Shown: positions 57,432 to 64,000 of the stretch, piece by piece
Numbering within the stretch: the first letter of the stretch is position 1
Layout of the letters: each line of letters begins with the position of its first letter
Origin: a virus
Lineage: Duplodnaviria > Caudoviricetes
Length of the DNA stretch: 64,000 nt
Virus record (IMG/VR): IMGVR_UViG_3300033555_000001
Span: 32,001 to 96,000 of that record
Reading direction: 5' to 3' (one strand)
Program-made: the position numbers and the translations under genes
Notes under the pieces: model-generated
Told to the model about the DNA's origin: nothing
Databases searched by the model: none
Seen by the model: the letters and a program-made list of their open reading frames with translations, nothing else

Positions 57432-57857
57432 TTAGTCTTGCTTTTGCAGGACAAAATTAATCCACTCTACTACTCCAACCGACCGGTTGTGTAGCAAGCT
57501 TTCACCAGCAACAATACAATCCAGCAAATAACTTGCCAGTCGTACGTGGTCACCGTCGCTGAGCGCCTTTAGCGCGTCTTTGACAGCCGTGGTGGTGGAC
57601 TCATCGCCATAATTAACAGGATTTTCAAAATGTAGGTCTACACTCTTCAAACCATTCTTGAAGAACCCAGCCACGCGGGCCAGGATAAATAGCTGATACG
57701 GATTAGTGATTTTACCAGCGGTAACTATTTCCTGCAGCGTCAAGTCAATTAATTGAGTTGAATGGCCAGGAACACCGTAAATAAATTCGTTTTCGTTAAT
57801 GATTGTTTGATGTAGGTTCATAATAGGCTCTGTGTTCTTGATTATATATTTAGCCAC
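57432..57857 (-). CDS. Hypothetical protein
   Basis: GTG start, intact ORF. Confidence 0.6.
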   Translation of the reverse strand: MAKYIIKNTEPIMNLHQTIINENEFIYGVPGHSTQLIDLTLQEIVTAGKITNPYQLFILARVAGFFKNGLKSVDLHFENPVNYGDESTTTAVKDALKALSDGDHVRLASYLLDCIVAGESLLHNRSVGVVEWINFVLQKQD

Positions 57858-57902
57858 TCTTGCCGGTTCGTGTTACTACTGTATGTCTTTAGGAGAAACA
57901 AA

Positions 57903-58121
57903 ATGTCTGAATCTTGGGTTGACACACCACAGGTTGAAATACCAGCACCACATACGTGGGACACGCTGTCCCTTAATAATTTAATTGATGTAAAAAATCA
58001 GTTATTGAACAAACAAAGTATGGCAAGAGGCGCACCAGCCTACGTTAGTGCTATTAACGATTCACTGGCGCAATTAGAGCAGATTATTTCAGAAAAATCT
58101 AGCGATTCGCGCGGCGCTTAG
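57903..58121 (+). CDS. Hypothetical protein
   Basis: AGGAG RBS. Confidence 0.55.
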   Translation: MSESWVDTPQVEIPAPHTWDTLSLNNLIDVKNQLLNKQSMARGAPAYVSAINDSLAQLEQIISEKSSDSRGA

Positions 58122-58725
58122 CGGCAGATTTTGTAACTGCGGGTCCGTCGATATACTCTACCACGCGATCTACAAGGCCATATTTCAAACACTCGGCTGG
58201 GGTTAGATACCGGTCGCTTGGAGAAAATAACACGTCCATGATTTGCTTTTTAGACATTGTAGAGTGCTTTAAAAAGTGCTTTACAAATCTTTCCTCGAGC
58301 TGTGCGTACGCAGCGTGTACTGCAATAAGCTCGTGTTGCTTGCCGGAAAAATAACCACTGAACTGGTGCGCCATTACCTCGGCGTTTTTAGTAAGAGTTC
58401 TGAGACCCCTAGTGCCACCGGAAACAAGCAGCACTCCCATTGACGCCACAGTGCCAATACCTACCGTGCTAATCGGCAGTCTAGAAGTTTCCATGAGATC
58501 GATAATTGAAAAGCCCTCGCCAGTTTCACCGCCCACAGTGTTGATCAATATGGTCAGCGGGTCACTTGAGTTACGGGACAGATTGGATTTTAAGATGAAC
58601 TCACAGGCCGCATAAGAAGTATCTATATCAATCTCTCCAAAGAGCATGTGGCACCCAAGGGACTCTAAACTGTGCATATCGTACGGCAATTGGTCATCTA
58701 TCATTGAATCTGCTGTTTTACGCAT
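58099..58725 (-). CDS. clpP: ClpP-family serine protease
   Basis: INTVGG, GTVASMG (Ser), MAHQ (His), SDRYLTPAECLKYGLVD (Asp); TAAATA at 58749-58754. Confidence 0.9.
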   Translation of the reverse strand: MRKTADSMIDDQLPYDMHSLESLGCHMLFGEIDIDTSYAACEFILKSNLSRNSSDPLTILINTVGGETGEGFSIIDLMETSRLPISTVGIGTVASMGVLLVSGGTRGLRTLTKNAEVMAHQFSGYFSGKQHELIAVHAAYAQLEERFVKHFLKHSTMSKKQIMDVLFSPSDRYLTPAECLKYGLVDRVVEYIDGPAVTKSAAKRRANR

Positions 58726-58929
58726 GGCGTCTCCTGGTGTGTACAGACTATTTACTGCGGCTAAAACGGTACATGTTAGAGTAATCCTGGTTCTAATTGT
58801 GCTGAACCTGAATAATTATAGGCAGTAAATTCTGATATTACAGCTGGCTCTAAATAGCAGTGCTCTGCCCTTTAAAGCTAGCAGTGTCAGAGCGCTCTTG
58901 TTTCAGCTAGCGGAACTTAAGGAGTCACA

Positions 58930-60510
58930 ATGTATTCTCTTTTCTGGCGCTCGCCAGCTCTACCATTTCTACAAAAGAACACGGCAATTGCTGTGCCAGC
59001 AGGCTCAATTGTTTCAAACGCGGCGTCACTGCGTTTTACCGGCAAAGGCGCATCAAACTACGGCAAAGTGCAGCAAGAAAATCTCTTGCGGTTGCTTGAA
59101 AATTTTGCTGGGCCAACAGCGCCAGAGTATTCAACCGTTGGCCAGGTTTGGTATGACACAGATGTCACAACGCTTAAAGTAATGGTGCGTTCTGCTCCCG
59201 AGCCTGATGCGTGGCGCTCTCTTAATTCAACACAAATTACTGGTATTGGTGAGGGTCCGCCAAGTCCAGCAAGTTTAGGTGATACTTGGTTTTCGCGAAC
59301 TGGCTCAGCTTCAGGCATTCAGTACGTGTACACGGGAATTGGGCGCTATCCACAAACAGGCAATGAAATCGGCGGGTGGGAGCAAGTATTTCCAACTGTT
59401 GAACGCGCTGCCGGCCGCGAAGAATATGACTACATGCTGGGTCTGTTAAAAACACTGATTGGAGACACGTCTGAATCGGGCGGCAGTGGTGCGTTTAATC
59501 GGGCAATTGCCAATCTTACTGACTTTGATTTGCTTGATGCAAGTTTGGTAGAAAAATTTAACAGCCTCTTGCCTCTTGACAGAAACGTCCTCAGCTCTGG
59601 CGCAAACAGCAGCCTCTTAAAAGTAGACCCAAACTCAAACGACTGGGATTTTTTACTGAGCGCTGCAAAGTACGCAATTAACAGGCTAGACGTGCCGCTT
59701 GGTTATCTTACTGACGTGAGCCCAGTGCCGTTTGTCACTGACGGTCGTGCACCACCGTCAGCTCTTAAGGAGCTGGATCCAATTAACCCACAGTATCCTG
59801 ATGCACTGCGTTTATCCAGCAGAAAAACCGGTACTATTGCGCTTGGGCGGTACTACCAAGAAACGGTAAACGTCTTGCGCACGGCTGAACGAGTCAGATA
59901 CTTGTTAAAAGGCATGCAAGGAGCCAGTTTTTCTGACACTGTAGAGCCCACCTCTGTTGGCGCGTTTACTTATTCTGGTCAGTTTACAACTCCGGTAACT
60001 CACGGGCTGTTGTACCGGTTTGACCAGGCCAGTCGCGCACGGTTCTTTTTTGCAGGTGGCGCTCTCACATTTGCTGGTACACACGCACCAGGTTCAGCGC
60101 CAACTGCTGCTGACATTGACCTTAAAACTATACTGGAAACTCACGGCAGAATTAGATTTACTGCTGATAGAACTTTTATACTTGACGGTGCTAACTCGCC
60201 AGCGCTTGCTGTACAGCCAATAAACTTAGGATTCAATGATCTGACCCTGGGATCAACGGTACTTGCGGTGTTTAACGTTGGTGCTGCCACAATCAGATTC
60301 TCTGCAAACCTCGTTGATGGTGTGGAGTCTGGGATTGAGGATGGCGTTAACCTGGTAATTGAAATCACCACAACGGCGGGAACCACTGGCGTAACAACCG
60401 TTGAGTGCGGCTATATTAGCGATGGTGAACTCTTTAACAGCCCGCCAGTTCGCGTGTATCCACAACCGCTGGCTCTTACTGCAACTGACAGGACTGGTCA
60501 GTTCGCATAA
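58930..60510 (+). CDS. Virion (baseplate/tail) structural protein
   Basis: LRFTGKGASNYGKVQQENLLRLLENFA...GQVWYDT; TAAATA at 58851-58856. Confidence 0.7.
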   Translation: MYSLFWRSPALPFLQKNTAIAVPAGSIVSNAASLRFTGKGASNYGKVQQENLLRLLENFAGPTAPEYSTVGQVWYDTDVTTLKVMVRSAPEPDAWRSLNSTQITGIGEGPPSPASLGDTWFSRTGSASGIQYVYTGIGRYPQTGNEIGGWEQVFPTVERAAGREEYDYMLGLLKTLIGDTSESGGSGAFNRAIANLTDFDLLDASLVEKFNSLLPLDRNVLSSGANSSLLKVDPNSNDWDFLLSAAKYAINRLDVPLGYLTDVSPVPFVTDGRAPPSALKELDPINPQYPDALRLSSRKTGTIALGRYYQETVNVLRTAERVRYLLKGMQGASFSDTVEPTSVGAFTYSGQFTTPVTHGLLYRFDQASRARFFFAGGALTFAGTHAPGSAPTAADIDLKTILETHGRIRFTADRTFILDGANSPALAVQPINLGFNDLTLGSTVLAVFNVGAATIRFSANLVDGVESGIEDGVNLVIEITTTAGTTGVTTVECGYISDGELFNSPPVRVYPQPLALTATDRTGQFA

Positions 60511-60589
60511 TCATCCTTATCTCCTGAGTGTACTTTAGTGCTGACTTATCTTAAAATCAGCATGACTGCACACAAAGGAGATATATCTT

Positions 60590-60877
60590 ATGAAACGTGT
60601 TCCAATTATCAGCGTTGGCCAAGTTTACTTACACGGCGATTTAAATCAGTATTTGGTTGTTACTAAATCGACTGGCGGAGACGTTCAGTTCAGGGGGATT
60701 GGCTTTAGTGGTATGAACGAAGCTGAAGTATTTCTTGGACGATTCCTGCCAGTAGATCCCTGCGATCTCTCAGACGACGAGTGTATTGAGCTAGTAAACC
60801 TGTTACCAGAGCAATACGACACCCTGTTAATGGGTTGGATACACGGCTGGACTGGTGAGGATGAGGACGAATTGTGA
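60590..60877 (+). CDS. Hypothetical early protein
   Basis: GTGTAC-N18-TAAAAT promoter (60528) and AAGGAG RBS. Confidence 0.6.
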   Translation: MKRVPIISVGQVYLHGDLNQYLVVTKSTGGDVQFRGIGFSGMNEAEVFLGRFLPVDPCDLSDDECIELVNLLPEQYDTLLMGWIHGWTGEDEDEL

Positions 60878-61043
60878 TTAGTGCAGTCTCAATTTTTGTT
60901 CTAGCTGCGCACTCCGCCGTTATTGCGACCTGTGCCGCACGTTGCGGCCATGACACATTTGCTGCAGTGGCGTTTTACGTATCGGCCGCAGTGTTTAGCC
61001 TGTCCAGCGCTGCTGGAATAGCAGGAATTCTTTAGGAAAAAAT

Positions 61044-61544
61044 ATGGCTCGCAAAATACTCTCTAGCCGCCCGACAGAGGACAGCAATCTTTCAATTTTG
61101 CAGGAGCTGTTGTTTGCGGTGAAACAAATGCTTGACTACGAGGATGATCCAATTCCTGGTGACTTGGACGCCACCATCTTGGCGCTGGATGAAGATGTTA
61201 TTGAACTGTTAGTAGAATACAGCGATCTGCACCATGACTATTCAAACGCCAGGGGCGACAACATGGTGATGACCATACGAAATAGCGCGCTTGAAATAAA
61301 TCTGGAGCAAAAAACCGCAGTGATGGATGAGTTGTTAAAGCCAATAGATCCCAATGGAGAAATTTTATCTGACGCGCTGGGTGTCCTTATTTATTCGGGC
61401 AGCGCAAAAACAGAAACGGAACTATCAGAAGACGGCTCTGTTACTGCAGTGTTTTCTTTTACTGAAGAGGATCTGCGTCAAGCACTGGCGCAGGCAATAG
61501 AGTCGTATGTGGTTGATACACAAAACGAGTTTACTGGCAAATAG
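61044..61544 (+). CDS. Acidic hypothetical protein
   Basis: AGGA RBS; Asp/Glu-rich. Confidence 0.6.
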   Translation: MARKILSSRPTEDSNLSILQELLFAVKQMLDYEDDPIPGDLDATILALDEDVIELLVEYSDLHHDYSNARGDNMVMTIRNSALEINLEQKTAVMDELLKPIDPNGEILSDALGVLIYSGSAKTETELSEDGSVTAVFSFTEEDLRQALAQAIESYVVDTQNEFTGK

Positions 61545-61593
61545 CACAGTACCACCAAAAATAAAATAAGGCTCTTTGAGCAGAAAAGAAATC

Positions 61594-62700
61594 ATGCACA
61601 CGCTTATCGTACTGTGTCACCTGCGCTGGGATTTTGTTTGCCAGCGCCCGCAGCACTTGCTCACACGACTGTCACAGTTCTACAATGTAGTTGTAATAGA
61701 AGAGCCGGTTTTTAACGATAAATCAGAGAGCGCTGTTGATTTTTTAAAGATCATGCGGCCCGCTGACAACATCACAGTGTACCAGCCGCATACGTCAGTA
61801 AGCGAATTTGGTTTTCATGACGAGCAACTCGCGGCAATGCGGCCACTGCTGCAGAATCTAATAGCTGATGGCAGCCCGCAGGTTGTATGGTTTTACACCC
61901 CAATGGCGCTGCCATTGTTGGACTGCTTTAACGCTGAAGCAATTGTATACGATTGCATGGACGAGCTCAGCGCGTTTAATAACCCACCACCGCAATTGCT
62001 GGAGCGTGAGGCTGTCCTGTTAAAAATCGCAGATTTAGTCTTTACTGGTGGGCCAAGCTTGTACAAAGCCAAACGCGACCGCGCTAAAAGCGTGCACTGC
62101 TTTTCAAGTAGTGTTGATGTTGCGCACTTTAAGCGAGCACTAAATCGCTCGGAACCGCATGAAGCGCTTGCAAATATTCCTGGCCCACGCCTTGGATTTT
62201 ACGGCGTAATTGATGAACGGTTTGACCTTGAACTAATAAAAACTCTTGCTGATCTAAAACCAGACTGGCAAATAATTCTAATAGGCCCAGTGGTAAAAAT
62301 AGATCCGGTAACTCTGCCACAACGCGCTAATATTCACTATTTGGGCCAGCGCACTTACGACGAGTTACCACTGTTACTTGCGGGCTGGGATGTGTGCCTG
62401 CTGCCGTTTGCACTTAACGCGGCAACAAAATTTATTAGCCCAACAAAAGTGCTTGAGTACATGGCTGCTGAACTGCCAATTGTGAGCACCAAAATTACAG
62501 ACGTTTATGAACCATACGGCCACGTGGTGCAGATTGCGGATGACGCTATTAGCTTTGTGGAATGCTGCCACCGCGCGCTAGACATGACAGTACCTGAAAA
62601 AAGAGAAATGGTTGCAAAGATGAGGATAGTGTTGTCACGCACTTCATGGGATAAGACCTCAAAGGAAATGCAAGTTCTGATAGAAGCCAGTTTAGCTTAA
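61594..62700 (+). CDS. GT-B glycosyltransferase (GT4-like, bacterial type)
   Basis: HLRWDFVCQRPQHL, VYDCMDELSAF, ADLVFTGG, GFYGVIDERFD, SPTKVLEYMAAELPIVST. Confidence 0.9.
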   Translation: MHTLIVLCHLRWDFVCQRPQHLLTRLSQFYNVVVIEEPVFNDKSESAVDFLKIMRPADNITVYQPHTSVSEFGFHDEQLAAMRPLLQNLIADGSPQVVWFYTPMALPLLDCFNAEAIVYDCMDELSAFNNPPPQLLEREAVLLKIADLVFTGGPSLYKAKRDRAKSVHCFSSSVDVAHFKRALNRSEPHEALANIPGPRLGFYGVIDERFDLELIKTLADLKPDWQIILIGPVVKIDPVTLPQRANIHYLGQRTYDELPLLLAGWDVCLLPFALNAATKFISPTKVLEYMAAELPIVSTKITDVYEPYGHVVQIADDAISFVECCHRALDMTVPEKREMVAKMRIVLSRTSWDKTSKEMQVLIEASLA

Positions 62701-62714
62701 TTATTAGATCAAAT

Positions 62715-62752
62715 AAAAACGCCTGAACTATTTTACTAGTTCAGGCGTTTTT
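62715..62752. terminator. Bidirectional intrinsic terminator
   Basis: AAAAACGCCTGAACTA...TAGTTCAGGCGTTTTT between convergent genes. Confidence 0.85.
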
Positions 62753-62769
62753 AGTATTGAGAAAAAGAA

Positions 62770-63246
62770 TCAGGGACTTGGCAGTTTCTTGGGATTAGAC
62801 AGTACGTTCTCAGCGCCATATTGATTTCTTAAAGCAAGAGCAAGATTTGCTTCAAGCCTTTTGGCTTCTTTTACGGTCAAATTTGTCTGCAGCACTGCCA
62901 TCTCAACAGTGATGGCAGTCACGCCCTGCAAGTACGCCTCATCAAAAATTTTAATAAAGCAACCAGTAAAACTAACCCTATTGATACTGGAAATATGCTT
63001 TTGAAGCCGAATCTTTGGCTTACCCGTGGTTTCACCAGCGTAATAAAGCTCTCTATTAGAACCGCCGTGTAAAGTTAATTTAAGCTGGTATACAGAGCTT
63101 GTATTCTCTATTACTAAATGCTCGCCGATAATTTTACGCCCGACAGGAATGCCCATCATATAATCAATCCATGGTGATTGGAAAGATGTTAGGCGTTGCG
63201 GTATCTTACTGGGCTGATCACGTACAATTTTTAAATTTCTTTTCAT
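62770..63246 (-). CDS. GIY-YIG-family endonuclease
   Basis: SVYQL...YYAGET...RLQKH...EAKRLE. Confidence 0.6.
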   Translation of the reverse strand: MKRNLKIVRDQPSKIPQRLTSFQSPWIDYMMGIPVGRKIIGEHLVIENTSSVYQLKLTLHGGSNRELYYAGETTGKPKIRLQKHISSINRVSFTGCFIKIFDEAYLQGVTAITVEMAVLQTNLTVKEAKRLEANLALALRNQYGAENVLSNPKKLPSP

Positions 63247-63303
63247 TGCCGTACTCTATTAGTTAACTCGGCATAGCTCTATTATACTGTTTCAGCGCTG
63301 GCA

Positions 63304-63349
63304 ACCGTTACACTTTTCTTGGATCATTAACCCGAAATGGTGTTAAGAT
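63304..63349 (+). promoter_or_regulatory. ACCGTTACA-box promoter
   Basis: ACCGTTACA-N31-TAAGAT. Confidence 0.55.
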
Positions 63350-63383
63350 GTCTCTATTGCAGCTAACAAATACTGAGAAAATC

Positions 63384-63683
63384 ATGCAAATAGCAGAACG
63401 AATTAATTCTAAACTGTTCGCGTTTGACAGTGTAAAGCGCCAGTTTAAAGCTCGTCATGATGTGCTGCGTATCATGGGGCACAAGCCCTTTGCTCGGCTC
63501 TATTCTGAGAATGCGCGCATTTCAGAAATTGGTTTTTTCTTAGCATCACAGCGCACCGGCGTAGCACAGTGCTTTTTATTTGTGCGTGTACTTCGCAGTG
63601 GTGATCGTGTAACTGGTTGGTTGTTTAAGCCACTGCTCAACACTGGTGCAACTGGCGTAGAGTTAATTATTACTAACGATTAA
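63384..63683 (+). CDS. Hypothetical protein
   Basis: Start revised to the ATG downstream of the promoter. Confidence 0.5.
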   Translation: MQIAERINSKLFAFDSVKRQFKARHDVLRIMGHKPFARLYSENARISEIGFFLASQRTGVAQCFLFVRVLRSGDRVTGWLFKPLLNTGATGVELIITND

Positions 63684-63718
63684 ACCTGTGATAAGATGCC
63701 TGAACACACGGAGGACTC

Positions 63719-64000
63719 ATGCTTTTAAATGTGGCTAATCTTCAGAATTATTATCGGCTCGGATACAACGTCTTGCTTGAGGGTGAAGCGGGCGTGGGTA
63801 AAACCGCGGTAATTTCTCAGGTGTTTGAAGGGCTGAACTGGAAGTATTTCAGCGCAAGTACACTTGACCCATGGGTAGATTTTGTCGGCATTCCACGCCA
63901 CGTAAAAGATGAAAAACTAGGTGATGTGATTGACCTAGTGCGGCCGCGATTTATTGTTGAAGATAATGTTGAGGCTATTTTCTTGGATGAGCTGAACCGC
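63719..64000 (+). CDS. MoxR-like AAA+ ATPase (truncated by window edge)
   Basis: GGAGG RBS; NVLLEGEAGVGKT Walker A and IFLDELNR Walker B; not in the ORF track. Confidence 0.85.
   Translation, partial: MLLNVANLQNYYRLGYNVLLEGEAGVGKTAVISQVFEGLNWKYFSASTLDPWVDFVGIPRHVKDEKLGDVIDLVRPRFIVEDNVEAIFLDELNR

Noticed and set aside
22265-62700. Bacterial chromosome or prophage origin suggested by host-like genes (PBP, OsmB, ElaB, DnaJ, ClpP, GT)
   Set aside because: These genes are interspersed with T4-like topoisomerase, fibres, Rnl1 and late TAAATA promoters, and no bacterial housekeeping synteny is present.
1-64000. tRNA, rRNA, CRISPR array, integrase or diversity-generating retroelement
   Set aside because: No cloverleaf/T-loop, repeat-spacer array, recombinase or reverse transcriptase was recognised by eye. 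A tRNAscan run would be needed to be certain.

Overview
A 64-kb segment of a large lytic tailed phage with T4-like/jumbo myovirus gene content. It is densely coding, with no rRNA, tRNA, integrase or CRISPR array seen. It carries several virion fibre/adhesin genes (one with an S74 chaperone, one with a permuted ice-binding domain), both type II topoisomerase subunits, a DinG-like helicase, ThyA with a flanking GIY-YIG endonuclease, RNA/ADP-ribose repair genes (Rnl1 ligase, KptA/Tpt1, macrodomain), tandem DnaJ proteins, ClpP, PhoH, Fpg/Nei and host-like envelope genes. The strongest candidate for an undescribed system is a dispersed cytosine-glycosylation pathway. It comprises a dCMP-specific (Asp) thymidylate-synthase paralogue, a clear T4 beta-glucosyltransferase homologue, an arabinose-5-phosphate-isomerase-like SIS protein, a sugar nucleotidyltransferase-kinase fusion, two NMP kinases and a UDG-like protein. 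Together these suggest a T4-Bgt-fold enzyme adding a phage-made, possibly pentose, sugar to modified cytosine. Two promoter classes are readable directly: a late TAAATA box (12 copies noted) and sigma70-like promoters with an ACCGTTACA box at near-fixed spacing. All family assignments come from motif recognition by eye, not database searches.
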